Below, piece after piece: positions 14,066 through 22,453 of a DNA stretch of 49,451 nt. The position numbers and the translations under genes were made by a program. Each line of letters opens with the position of its first letter. The first letter of the stretch is position 1. Under the pieces are notes generated by a model. That model did not search any database, was not told the DNA's origin, and worked only from the letters and a program-made list of their open reading frames with translations. Origin of the DNA: a virus; the IMG/VR virus record IMGVR_UViG_3300033696_000009, positions 1 to 49,451 of that record; one strand, 5' to 3'.

Positions 14066-14578
14066 ATGATGAAATTTAAATATTTACAGATAACAGATAA
14101 GTCGGTTTTGAATGAGATTGAAGCTTGCATAGTTTCTATCGAGACTAGAGATAAGTCCCTACGTGATTTAGCTAAAAAGTTTGGTGCTTATAATTGCCTG
14201 CAGTTCAGCGACGGTCGAGTTGCTGGGTTTGAGTTTTCATCAAGACCTGAAAAAACTACATGGAAAAATGTTAAGTACGGGTTTATGCCAAAGGCAAAGA
14301 CAAGCGAGCTTAAGATGATGAACGACATTCCTTGCCAGAAGGACTATCGAGATACCATAAAGCAATATGGTTTTGGCGGGGAAATGATTATAGGCCAGCC
14401 TAACGGGGTCGGTGGATTCCCTATGCATTCATCGAGCATTAAAGGTAATAGAAAGACCTCGTTTTATGTTATCAAGGTTCCTTTTCAGGGTGATTTTGAT
14501 AAAGAGGTAGATCAAAGCCTAGTAGAGATTAAAGAGTGGGAAATGCTCAAAGGTATTGATGATGGGAGCGATAAATAA
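14066..14578 (+). CDS. hypothetical protein, paralogue family A (partner 33068..33664)
   Basis: Shares GRVAGFEF / GKVCGFFF, YGFMPKAKT / GCFMPKKNT and VEIKEWEMLKGI / VEVKEWQMKKAI with the minus-strand gene. Confidence 0.6.
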   Translation: MMKFKYLQITDKSVLNEIEACIVSIETRDKSLRDLAKKFGAYNCLQFSDGRVAGFEFSSRPEKTTWKNVKYGFMPKAKTSELKMMNDIPCQKDYRDTIKQYGFGGEMIIGQPNGVGGFPMHSSSIKGNRKTSFYVIKVPFQGDFDKEVDQSLVEIKEWEMLKGIDDGSDK

Positions 14579-14579
14579 A

Positions 14580-14717
14580 ATGGCGACACTAGCAAAGCAA
14601 AGTATTAGCGACGCAGCTAACAAGTGGATTATCAAAGAGGCCAAGCGCCTCAACTGCTCAAAGGCTGAAATCGTGCGTCGCTTGTTGGATGCGGCATCAA
14701 CTAAAAAGGCAGGGTGA
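14580..14717 (+). CDS. small ribbon-helix-helix (CopG/Arc-like) protein (45 aa)
   Basis: Manual ORF MATLAKQSISDAANKWIIKEAKRLNCSKAEIVRRLLDAASTKKAG. The S.AEIVRRLL motif is typical of RHH proteins. Confidence 0.5.
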   Translation: MATLAKQSISDAANKWIIKEAKRLNCSKAEIVRRLLDAASTKKAG

Positions 14718-14722
14718 TTATT

Positions 14723-14941
14723 ATGAAATACTTAATACTAATATCTTTACTGCTAACAGGTTGCGCCACTATAAATCAAGATATCGTTACAACAAAGGAC
14801 GGTATCACGCAGAAGTGCAAGTTGGCTGCTAAGGGGTTTATCGGTTCCGCTGAGTCAATAATGACGTGTAGGTCTTATGATGAGAGTGGTAATTATATTG
14901 ACGGTTCTGAATCTGTAACTAAAACAATAATAGGCGGGTAA
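14723..14941 (+). CDS. small lipoprotein (72 aa)
   Basis: MKYLILISLLLTGC is a signal peptide with the lipobox LLTGC. Confidence 0.7.
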   Translation: MKYLILISLLLTGCATINQDIVTTKDGITQKCKLAAKGFIGSAESIMTCRSYDESGNYIDGSESVTKTIIGG

Positions 14942-14944
14942 GTG

Positions 14945-15526
14945 ATGGATATTTCAAGAATGTATTGCCGTGTTGATAGTAAGCACTTTGATGAGTTTGT
15001 TAAAGAGTGCGGGAGTTTTTTTAGCGTACTTCCGGCAAGGGCTAGGATTATAGCAAAAAGCCAAAGGTCGCTTAAGCGTCAAGGCTATAAGGGATTTTGC
15101 CATGTAACAGGTAGTGGTGAAGTTTTTTATGTCGCAGAAGTCGGCAGTGATTTTGACAGCATAACCGAATTCACCGGCACATGGTCAATCTATAATAACG
15201 ATAAGCCGCTAGGTGAACTAACAGATGAGCAAGCGGCTGAGCTGTTTAACTGGAGCCGTAAGGGCGGAGATGTTGAGTGCAGTAGCCTTGATTGGAGCTT
15301 GGTATCTCCTGTATCATGGTTGCCAGAGGTGGCATACCGAGCCAAGTCAAAATCAGAGCGTGACTTGTTTATTGAGGCTGGGGTTAAGCTTTATGTTGAT
15401 GATGGCGGTGAAAAAGATGTCAGCCCCGATGGTTCAGTAGTTAGCTGGTTCGGGATGATGTTCGACTCAGGCAAGTTTAAGTTAGCATTGGATAAAGCAC
15501 TAGAAGCAACCAAGATTGAGGAGTAG
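14945..15526 (+). CDS. hypothetical protein (193 aa)
   Basis: Track ORF, tightly packed after the lipoprotein gene. Confidence 0.55.
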   Translation: MDISRMYCRVDSKHFDEFVKECGSFFSVLPARARIIAKSQRSLKRQGYKGFCHVTGSGEVFYVAEVGSDFDSITEFTGTWSIYNNDKPLGELTDEQAAELFNWSRKGGDVECSSLDWSLVSPVSWLPEVAYRAKSKSERDLFIEAGVKLYVDDGGEKDVSPDGSVVSWFGMMFDSGKFKLALDKALEATKIEE

Positions 15527-15532
15527 GGTGTG

Positions 15533-15706
15533 ATGAGTAAGTATTTTGATAACTGCATGGGTAATGCGATACATCAGCACCTGAGCAGGGTTGACAATCT
15601 TGGCGCTGAAAATGATGTAAGAATGCTAATAAAGTCGACAAAAAAGCACAGGCCAAGAGGAAAAGCCTTCTTGATTATGTATGAGCTAGCTCCAAAAGCC
15701 CGTTAA
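15533..15706 (+). CDS. small hypothetical protein (57 aa)
   Basis: Manual ORF MSKYFDNCMGNAIHQHL...; GGGTG lies upstream. Confidence 0.35.
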   Translation: MSKYFDNCMGNAIHQHLSRVDNLGAENDVRMLIKSTKKHRPRGKAFLIMYELAPKAR

Positions 15707-15715
15707 TCTTGGGCT

Positions 15716-15943
15716 ATGAATAATCAGTTAATTGATAAAATAAATCAAACAAACAGGAATATTAAAATGACAAACAAAGAAGATGAGATGATTCACGGTG
15801 TTGCTATAGAGGGTTGTCTTGGTGCGTTTAGTTATCAGCGCCCAGCAATCTCGATTACTGAGCGGATTGGCGACAAGGAGGTGATAAGAGAGTTTGCCAC
15901 ATCTGATGACTACAAGGCATGGAAAGAGCTTCAAGGCGGATAA
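15716..15943 (+). CDS. hypothetical protein (75 aa; alternative start at Met18)
   Basis: Track ORF. A terminator follows. Confidence 0.45.
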   Translation: MNNQLIDKINQTNRNIKMTNKEDEMIHGVAIEGCLGAFSYQRPAISITERIGDKEVIREFATSDDYKAWKELQGG

Positions 15944-15961
15944 GCTAACTGCTATAAATAA

Positions 15962-15990
15962 AGCCCCATTAATCTGGGGCTTTTCATTTT
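15962..15990 (+). terminator. intrinsic terminator
   Basis: AGCCCCA-ttaatc-TGGGGCT followed by TTTCATTTT. Confidence 0.8.
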
Positions 15991-16066
15991 CTACCCTCCA
16001 AAAAACCTATGCGTTATACCTCCTTAAATAGTCTGTTTTATTTCCTATGCCGCAAATCAAGTGACG

Positions 16067-16075
16067 TGATAAAAT
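16067..16075 (+). promoter_or_regulatory. extended -10 promoter element (TGATAAAAT) upstream of the portal operon
   Basis: It lies within CGTGATAAAATA, which matches CGTGGTAAAATA at 11473 in 11 of 12 bases. Confidence 0.4.
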
Positions 16076-16103
16076 AAGCATCCATCCAAAAGAGGTTTAT
16101 ATA

Positions 16104-16334
16104 ATGTCATTCTTAGTTAAGAGTCGATTAATGCAGTTAGTCCAAAATGATGCAGTTGCTTACGGTATCGCGTTTGCATTTGTTGCGGATAGCGAAGATA
16201 AGCTATCCGTATTTACTCAGGCGTTCCAAGAGCAGCATCATAATAATGTTGTAGAATCGAAATCTTCCGCTGCGGCTCAAGTTGCCAACGCTCGATGGTT
16301 GGTCATGTATCCAGAGGTGGTATCCAAAGCCTAG
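16104..16334 (+). CDS. hypothetical protein (76 aa)
   Basis: Track ORF with AGAGG upstream. Confidence 0.5.
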   Translation: MSFLVKSRLMQLVQNDAVAYGIAFAFVADSEDKLSVFTQAFQEQHHNNVVESKSSAAAQVANARWLVMYPEVVSKA

Positions 16335-16393
16335 TAACACCACTGACGCCCTATGTGTTAAAATCAAACGATACCAAACACAGGGGCGTTATC

Positions 16394-17788
16394 ATGCAAA
16401 AGAAGAAGTATCAAAAGAAAACCCAAGTAGCCAACGCTCTATCAAACCAATACCGCCCCAGCAATGGCCGATCAATGGAATTCTTCCATCAGTTTAGCGG
16501 CTATCCAGTCGAGACTAACCGCAATATCATCTGTCAATATGGCTATCCAGAAGCGCCTGGCTTTGCTGATTTTTACGCAGTAGGACGTAGAGTTGGTTTA
16601 GGTACAGCTGTTATCAACGCGCCTATAGACACTTGCTGGTCAGATAATCCAGTTATTCAAGACGTGCTTAAGTTCGATAAAAATGGCGAGCCTGAAACGT
16701 TTGTCGAGTCTGAATTCATCAAAGAGCTAAACCGATTGATTGGTAGTCGCAAGCTCCAGTTTTGGGAGCGATTGAAAGGACTAGACCGCAAGCAGCGATT
16801 CGGTATGTATGCAGGTATGTTGCTAGTTACTCGAGATGAGCTGGGAAGAACAGCTAGGGAGCCTTTAGATAAGCTAGTACCCGGCCAACTAGTAAAGATG
16901 GTGCCATTCTATGAAGCGCAACTTATACCGATTGAATACAATCAAGATATTGGCTCTCCTGATTACGGCAATCCTGTCATGTGGCAGCTTATCGAGAATG
17001 CGGTCAACCCTAAACCGGGTAAGCAACTATCAATGGAGGTTCACCCAAGCCGATTAATCATTGCATCTGAGGGTTCAGAGGATGGAACGATTTACGGTGT
17101 ACCAGCTATGCAGGGTTGCTTATACGCTGTAATGGACTGGGAGAAGGCGCGCATGTCTAGCTCTGAGGGAATCAAGCGGAGTAATGACCAGCGAGGAGTT
17201 TTGAGTCTTCAGGATGGTTCTAACCTACCGCACCCTGAAAGTGATGAAGCTGAAATCATGGACGAGAACGTTCGTGACTGGAACCTAGGCAAAGAATCCC
17301 TGCTTACAGTTGCCAACGCCAACGTTACACCGTTCAACGCAACATTCCACGACCCTAAACAGGTTAGTGAAATGTGCTTGCAAGAAGTAGCGGCTCATAC
17401 TCGCATACCGTCAACGGTGCTAATCGGGTACCAGACAGGCCGCCTAGCAAGTACCGAAGACTCGCTAGCATTTGCCAGCTCTATGATGCAAAGGCGAAAA
17501 GGCTCAGTTAATGAGATGATTTATCAGGTCTTAGATCATCTTATCGAACTTGGATTGCTACCTGAACCAGACGGGGAGATTTACATTGAGTGGTCAGATC
17601 TAACTGAGCCGTCAACTAAGGATAAGCTTGATGTCGCTGAGAAGATGTCCATGATTGATGAGCGACGATTTAAGATAGGCCAAGCGCCATTCTTTAGCGA
17701 TGAAGACTACGCAAAAGAAACGGGGTTTGTTGGATCAAGAGATGATCAGGACAATGATGCTTCCGAAGATCCAGATGGTGAAGAGTAA
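16394..17788 (+). CDS. portal protein (DUF1073-like)
   Basis: 464 aa after trimming to the ATG preceded by AGGGG. It sits between terL and the Mu-F-like gene and has an acidic C-terminus. Confidence 0.8.
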   Translation: MQKKKYQKKTQVANALSNQYRPSNGRSMEFFHQFSGYPVETNRNIICQYGYPEAPGFADFYAVGRRVGLGTAVINAPIDTCWSDNPVIQDVLKFDKNGEPETFVESEFIKELNRLIGSRKLQFWERLKGLDRKQRFGMYAGMLLVTRDELGRTAREPLDKLVPGQLVKMVPFYEAQLIPIEYNQDIGSPDYGNPVMWQLIENAVNPKPGKQLSMEVHPSRLIIASEGSEDGTIYGVPAMQGCLYAVMDWEKARMSSSEGIKRSNDQRGVLSLQDGSNLPHPESDEAEIMDENVRDWNLGKESLLTVANANVTPFNATFHDPKQVSEMCLQEVAAHTRIPSTVLIGYQTGRLASTEDSLAFASSMMQRRKGSVNEMIYQVLDHLIELGLLPEPDGEIYIEWSDLTEPSTKDKLDVAEKMSMIDERRFKIGQAPFFSDEDYAKETGFVGSRDDQDNDASEDPDGEE

Positions 17789-18912
17789 TGGCTCAACCAA
17801 TCATCCACCGATTACACGACCCTAACGGGCCCAAGATTAGCCGCTTGAGAAAAGCGGCTATGAATGATTTAGGCTATCGCATCAAAAAGACTCGCAACGA
17901 ATCGCGCAGGGTTATCACTGAATTTCTTGATAGTCACCTAGTCGGTACTAAGCAGGTTAATTCATCTGGAGTTGGAATTAATTACCAAAAGGCTTGGGAA
18001 GATTTAGAGTCTGGAGAGCTAAGTTATAAAGATGCCGAGAGCGTGTTTTCTTATAATGCGTCAATTAGTGATGTTCGGCCTGAATATATCGGGCTATTTG
18101 TCACTAACCGAACCAAATATCTTTACCAAGTTGAGCAATCAGAAATCAACGCGGTTGATCAGCTAATCGCGCGTATCGTTAATCAGTTTATGATGGATGG
18201 CCAAGGGTTATGGTCGCCTCAGTGGTATCTTAATCAGTTTATTTACCCCGCGTGGGAAACTGGCGCTAGTGAGTCTTTGCAGTCATTACAGAATATTAGC
18301 CCTGCCGTTGTAGTCGGCCAAGAGATATCAACCGAGATTCGCGGGTTAGATATTCAAAACCTGCTAATGACTCCAGCCTATCGCAGACCTATCGAACTAC
18401 TATCATCGCGAACGTTCAACTCAATGGAAGGGTTAAGCGGTGATATGGTTAAAGACTTGCGATTTATCCTGTCTCAATCGGTCGCTGATGGCATTTCAGC
18501 GAGTGATGCAGCCAAGCGTATCAATGCTAAGTTGTGGCCTGAGAAAGGTGGGTATAAGTTCAGGGCTGAGCGTATTGCCCGCACTGAAATCAACGCAGCG
18601 TATCGACAAGCGTATCTAGAAGTTAATGATGACATGAATGAGAACGTATTCGATAAGGGTGGATTCAAGTCAATGGTGATGCACATTAGCGCCTTGACTG
18701 CTACCACTCGATTCGATCATGCTTCGCGTCATGGTAGCGTATTCACATCTGATCAAGAGGCTGAGTGGTGGTCTATTGGATCGAACAGCATTAACTGCCT
18801 TTGCTCCGTAACATCCGTATTGGTAGATAAAAAGACAGGTGAAGTGTTGCAGCAAGGTTTATACAAAAAAGCCCTAGAGCAAGGTGAGAAATACTTTGCT
18901 GCTAGGGCTTAG
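17788..18912 (+). CDS. head morphogenesis protein (Mu F / SPP1 gp7 family)
   Basis: ERIARTEINAAYRQAY and the later HASRHG...CLC match Phage_Mu_F motifs. ATGA-type overlap with the portal gene. Confidence 0.8.
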   Translation: MAQPIIHRLHDPNGPKISRLRKAAMNDLGYRIKKTRNESRRVITEFLDSHLVGTKQVNSSGVGINYQKAWEDLESGELSYKDAESVFSYNASISDVRPEYIGLFVTNRTKYLYQVEQSEINAVDQLIARIVNQFMMDGQGLWSPQWYLNQFIYPAWETGASESLQSLQNISPAVVVGQEISTEIRGLDIQNLLMTPAYRRPIELLSSRTFNSMEGLSGDMVKDLRFILSQSVADGISASDAAKRINAKLWPEKGGYKFRAERIARTEINAAYRQAYLEVNDDMNENVFDKGGFKSMVMHISALTATTRFDHASRHGSVFTSDQEAEWWSIGSNSINCLCSVTSVLVDKKTGEVLQQGLYKKALEQGEKYFAARA

Positions 18913-18916
18913 GCTT

Positions 18917-18937
18917 AGCCCCGTTATGGGGCTTATT
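18917..18937. terminator. hairpin terminator at the convergent junction
   Basis: AGCCCC-gttat-GGGGCT followed by TATT. Confidence 0.6.
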
Positions 18938-19163
18938 GGTTAAGTGTTAACTCGTGCTTGGCGTTTTTTGCGCAAGGAGTAAACCTTTTTACTCTGACAA
19001 TAGATCTAAACCTATCGCACAGCCAGTATCCGTCGTTATACCAGCACTTGTACGCCTCATCATCGCTAAAAAAAGAATCGCTCATAACCGCGTAGTAGAA
19101 AGTCTTACTACCATGCACCGAGCTTTCGGGTTTGTTTTGTGGGTAATTAAGCCATTCCATCAC
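18933..19163 (-). CDS. hypothetical protein (76 aa), weakly DUF551-like
   Basis: The N-terminus MEWLNYPQNKPE resembles the DUF551 start (EWISVKD.LPE). Weak. Confidence 0.4.
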   Translation of the reverse strand: MMEWLNYPQNKPESSVHGSKTFYYAVMSDSFFSDDEAYKCWYNDGYWLCDRFRSIVRVKRFTPCAKNAKHELTLNQ

Positions 19164-19190
19164 TCTCTCCTGTCGCCCATGTTGGGCGGG

Positions 19191-19379
19191 TTATCTAACT
19201 AAAAGCTTAAAACCCCAGTTGCCAATACGGTAAACTTTTACTAAACCATTCCTCTCACTGAACAGTGGAAGATTGACGCTCTTATCAGAGATATGAAGCC
19301 CATAACCAAGGACTCTGAACCACATCAACCGATTGCCAATCCCATAGCAGAATAGCCCGCAATTACTTTTATTTCTCAT
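19191..19379 (-). CDS. hypothetical protein (62 aa)
   Basis: Track ORF. Its start overlaps the upstream gene end. Confidence 0.45.
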   Translation of the reverse strand: MRNKSNCGLFCYGIGNRLMWFRVLGYGLHISDKSVNLPLFSERNGLVKVYRIGNWGFKLLVR

Positions 19380-19750
19380 GGCCTAACCCCATTCATTTCA
19401 AGGAATACGATTGCGGCAGCGCGTAGTGGATTGGTGTGGCAGTAATCGTGATTAGTGGGGTGCTTGCCTAGCTTTCTATCTTCCCAAGTAAAGCCAATAG
19501 CCGACCACTTATCTTTTACTTCCCAGCCAAAATGCAAGCTTATTTTATTATCACTAATAATAGGCCACATATCGTAAGGTTTTTTGCAGTAGTTAACAGG
19601 GGCTTTTCTAGTCTCGGCCCCACCGCTGCCTGTTGGCATTAGTTGCATGGTGAATACGGTGCTACGAATATGCCACCACTCCTCCCCGTGTAGTTTTGAT
19701 GCAACAGCCTTATTTACTTTAAAATCACTCCAATCTTCCCAAGTTTTCAT
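19376..19750 (-). CDS. DUF2591 / NinX-like protein
   Basis: The N-terminal W...KVNKAVASKL and the C-terminal TNPLRAAAIVFLEMNGV resemble the DUF2591 pattern. Confidence 0.5.
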   Translation of the reverse strand: MKTWEDWSDFKVNKAVASKLHGEEWWHIRSTVFTMQLMPTGSGGAETRKAPVNYCKKPYDMWPIISDNKISLHFGWEVKDKWSAIGFTWEDRKLGKHPTNHDYCHTNPLRAAAIVFLEMNGVRP

Positions 19751-20052
19751 GATTCTTCCTCTTTAACTTCAGTGTAGCCTTGAAACAGTAGACCCAAGTA
19801 ATCCGGCGTGCAAACATAGGGTGTAAGGTACTTAAGCACCTGAACACTTCTTTCTTCAAGTTTGAACCCACAAAGCCCGTAGTAACCAACGACTTTCACT
19901 TTTTTTCTCATTGTTACCACGCTGTCGCCTTTGCTAATGCTGTAATCTACGCATCTCCACAAATAAGTATCATCAATCTCGTCAATAAAAATATTTGGCG
20001 TCTTTCTTTGTGGTTTTTTTCCCACTAGCGCGGAAAGTGTCTTTCTAATCAT
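19747..20052 (-). CDS. hypothetical protein (101 aa)
   Basis: Track ORF with 4-nt overlaps on both sides. Confidence 0.5.
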   Translation of the reverse strand: MIRKTLSALVGKKPQRKTPNIFIDEIDDTYLWRCVDYSISKGDSVVTMRKKVKVVGYYGLCGFKLEERSVQVLKYLTPYVCTPDYLGLLFQGYTEVKEEES

Positions 20053-20279
20053 ACCTCCTCCCCAAAGTAGTTAGTGTTGTCGGTGTAAGCTGGCTTCTTT
20101 GATAGCTCAGACCTTGCTGCACTATTGATGCTTAATTGAAGGTCATCAAGGTTATCTATCGATAGCGTTAGTATTTCAAGTGTGCCGCTAGCCTTAATGC
20201 CTTTCGGCTCGAAGTCACCGTTAACCATTTCAACTTCAGCCTCGCAATCTAGCCCAAGGAACTTAAATTTAATCTTCAT
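20049..20279 (-). CDS. hypothetical protein (76 aa)
   Basis: First gene after the leftward promoter at 20310..20338. GGAGAAG lies upstream. Confidence 0.5.
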   Translation of the reverse strand: MKIKFKFLGLDCEAEVEMVNGDFEPKGIKASGTLEILTLSIDNLDDLQLSINSAARSELSKKPAYTDNTNYFGEEV

Positions 20280-20298
20280 ATTTAATCTTCTCCATCAG

Positions 20299-20327
20299 TT
20301 GACAATTGAATTGTATGGGCTTAATAT
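20299..20327 (+). promoter_or_regulatory. rightward sigma70-like promoter
   Basis: TTGACA-N12-GGGCT-TAATAT. Confidence 0.6.
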
Positions 20328-20338
20328 TCGGTTGTCAA
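20310..20338 (-). promoter_or_regulatory. leftward sigma70-like promoter overlapping the rightward one
   Basis: Minus strand reads TTGACA, 17 nt, TACAAT. Confidence 0.6.
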
Positions 20339-20449
20339 CATAAATGATGGAGATTAAGAGTTTGAAGTGGGAAGGTTACAGAGTTGCATTTTTACTACTA
20401 GTTTTATTATCAGCAATAGTTTCAGTTTATAGATTATTTGGAGAGTGAC

Positions 20450-20569
20450 ATGAAAAAACTTGCACTAAAAGAGGCTCGCATAGAGCACGGTTACAAGTGG
20501 CCATGGCAGATTAAAGGTGTCATGTTTTATGATGGGTTTGAGATTACAAGAAAGGAGTTTGAAGGATGA
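20450..20569 (+). CDS. small hypothetical protein (39 aa)
   Basis: Manual ORF MKKLALKEARIEHGYKWPWQIKG... GGAGAG lies upstream and there is an ATGA overlap with the next gene. Confidence 0.35.
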   Translation: MKKLALKEARIEHGYKWPWQIKGVMFYDGFEITRKEFEG

Positions 20570-21162
20570 ATTTAGGTAACTATGAAAGTGCTCTTCACAT
20601 GCTAGCAGAGGCATTAATGGATCAATTTGAAGGCTCTGAAGCTGTTAACTACATTGAGCAGACATTTTCCAACAAGGAAAACCCGAGCAAGTCATTTGTT
20701 TTGACCATGCAAATGACCGATGGGATTACTCCATGCCAAAAGCTTGAAGATAAACAGCGCGAAGTCGATGAGCTTAAGGCGATGGTTAATAATCCTATGC
20801 AGCCGATAATTGATGGTAGGTTCAAGGAAAATAAGATAGTTAGATATTGCCTTGAAAATAATACAGACATGAATGATATAGCTAGACAAGATTTCTCTGA
20901 TGATGACCAAATGCAATTCGCTCAACTAATAGGGTACTCAATTGGTGGTTATGGAGATCTTAGCTACGTTACCGATGAATCGTATTATCGTGCTCAAAAT
21001 AGGCATTGCCTTGGTGAGCACGATAAGAGGGTGATAAAGAAAGCATTTATGCACGCGTGGAATTTATCTGGCGAAGGGTTTAACTCTGAATATGGCGTAA
21101 GTGATGAGCGGATTAGTAAAATGTTTGCAGAATACATTAACCAGCTTGGAGATAAGTCATGA
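20566..21162 (+). CDS. hypothetical protein (198 aa)
   Basis: Track ORF. The two antisense ORFs inside it look spurious. Confidence 0.55.
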   Translation: MNLGNYESALHMLAEALMDQFEGSEAVNYIEQTFSNKENPSKSFVLTMQMTDGITPCQKLEDKQREVDELKAMVNNPMQPIIDGRFKENKIVRYCLENNTDMNDIARQDFSDDDQMQFAQLIGYSIGGYGDLSYVTDESYYRAQNRHCLGEHDKRVIKKAFMHAWNLSGEGFNSEYGVSDERISKMFAEYINQLGDKS

Positions 21163-21431
21163 CCGAAGAATTAAAACCGTGTCCGTTTTGTGGTGGTGAA
21201 GTAAAAGCGTCAAAGATTAGCAGGTATAGCCAAAGGCACCAGGTGGCTTGCTACAGTCAGATTTGCGCCGCCCAGCCTAGCATAGTGGAGAGTAAAAAGA
21301 GTGTCGCTATTAGCGCTTGGAACTCCCGCGCACCACAGCATCCCGCAATCGCCCTAGAATCTATCAGCGACGATACGATTATCGAGTATCTTGTAATGAA
21401 GGGTTATGTTGTTGAGAAGGGGATTGTGTGA
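21159..21431 (+). CDS. lar: Lar-family restriction alleviation protein
   Basis: LKPCPFCGGE...VACYSQICAAQ...AISAWNSR matches the Lar-family (TIGR03655-type) pattern. Confidence 0.65.
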   Translation: MTEELKPCPFCGGEVKASKISRYSQRHQVACYSQICAAQPSIVESKKSVAISAWNSRAPQHPAIALESISDDTIIEYLVMKGYVVEKGIV

Positions 21432-21613
21432 GTGAGTTCAAACAGGGTGTAGCTTGGGCTGCGGCAAGGCTTGTAGAGCTGTTCGATCAGCCATCTATGG
21501 CGGAGGAGATACTTAGCGAGTCAGGAGTTACTGCAGAAGACATTAAGTATATTGATGAGCACGACCTTTCGTTTATAAAAGGCATCATACCAGCACCACT
21601 CAAAGGAGAGTGA
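21428..21613 (+). CDS. hypothetical protein (61 aa, GTG start)
   Basis: Track ORF with a 4-nt overlap. Confidence 0.45.
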   Translation: MSEFKQGVAWAAARLVELFDQPSMAEEILSESGVTAEDIKYIDEHDLSFIKGIIPAPLKGE

Positions 21614-21614
21614 T

Positions 21615-21887
21615 ATGAAATTTAATTTAAATCAATACGTAAAGGTTAAACTGACAAGGGCTGGAATAGCCGAGCTAAGAAGGCAGCACGAGGAGTTGAG
21701 GTCTAGATGCGGGCTAGCCGGAGTGTTCAAGCTTCCTGCGGAAGATCGTAACGGAATGAGAAAATTCCAAGCTCACACCATTATTTCAAGCCTTGGCCAT
21801 ATGCTTAGCGTTTGCGGTGAGCTGCCATTTAATTCTGATATTATACTTTGCGATCATAGCGGAAATGAGTTGGTTGATAAAAAATGA
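21615..21887 (+). CDS. hypothetical protein (90 aa)
   Basis: Track ORF with GGAGAG upstream. Confidence 0.5.
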   Translation: MKFNLNQYVKVKLTRAGIAELRRQHEELRSRCGLAGVFKLPAEDRNGMRKFQAHTIISSLGHMLSVCGELPFNSDIILCDHSGNELVDKK

Positions 21888-22051
21888 CAGACGCAAGAGA
21901 GGGCAGAGGCGCAGGTAACGACTACGGCAAGCTATGGCAAGAGTCGAAACTGTGGGATAACCTAGATAAGAACGACCACAAATGCAGGCCGATTAGCATA
22001 GTGTTCAAGGGTGATGGTAAATACTGCAAGGTTTGCGGGGATAAGTTATAG
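21884..22051 (+). CDS. small hypothetical protein (55 aa) with C-terminal CxxC
   Basis: Manual ORF MTDAREGRGAGNDYGKLWQ...YCKVCGDKL with an ATGA overlap. Confidence 0.35.
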   Translation: MTDAREGRGAGNDYGKLWQESKLWDNLDKNDHKCRPISIVFKGDGKYCKVCGDKL

Positions 22052-22114
22052 ATAAAAATATAACCATATCGTGATAAAATGGCTCCTACATGGGGCTATT
22101 TTTATGGGTGAGAT

Positions 22115-22453
22115 ATGAGTTTAGGAAGCAAGCAAAGAGAGTTTACGCTGATGATAGGTAAGCTAATTGTGTTCGCGTATGAGCAGGGTTACGAGTTGAC
22201 AGTTGGTGACTTCTATCGTGACCCAAGACTACACGGCGAGCATGGCACAAAGGATGGTTATGGTGCCTCAAAGTCTGTGCACAAGCTTCGACTAGCTGGT
22301 GATTTAAATCTGTTCATTGATAGCGAGTACATCACATCTAGCGATAATGCAGCTTGGGGAATTCTTCATGGCTACTGGGAGTCACTGGGCGGGGCTAAAG
22401 CTGTGCCTAATGACGCCAATCACTTCAGCGTTGAGATGTGGGGGTGTAGATGA
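22115..22453 (+). CDS. endolysin, M15-family (VanY-like) peptidoglycan peptidase
   Basis: SKSVHKLRLAGDLNLF and DANHFS match the zinc-ligand motifs (SxHxxGxAxD, DxxH) of Peptidase_M15. Confidence 0.8.
   Translation: MSLGSKQREFTLMIGKLIVFAYEQGYELTVGDFYRDPRLHGEHGTKDGYGASKSVHKLRLAGDLNLFIDSEYITSSDNAAWGILHGYWESLGGAKAVPNDANHFSVEMWGCR

Noticed and set aside
20362-20448. TTG-initiated 28-codon hydrophobic ORF (KWEGYRVAFLLLVLLSAIVSVYRLFGE) after the rightward promoter.
   Set aside because: It is very short, has a non-ATG start and has no clear SD. It might be a leader peptide but is unsupported.
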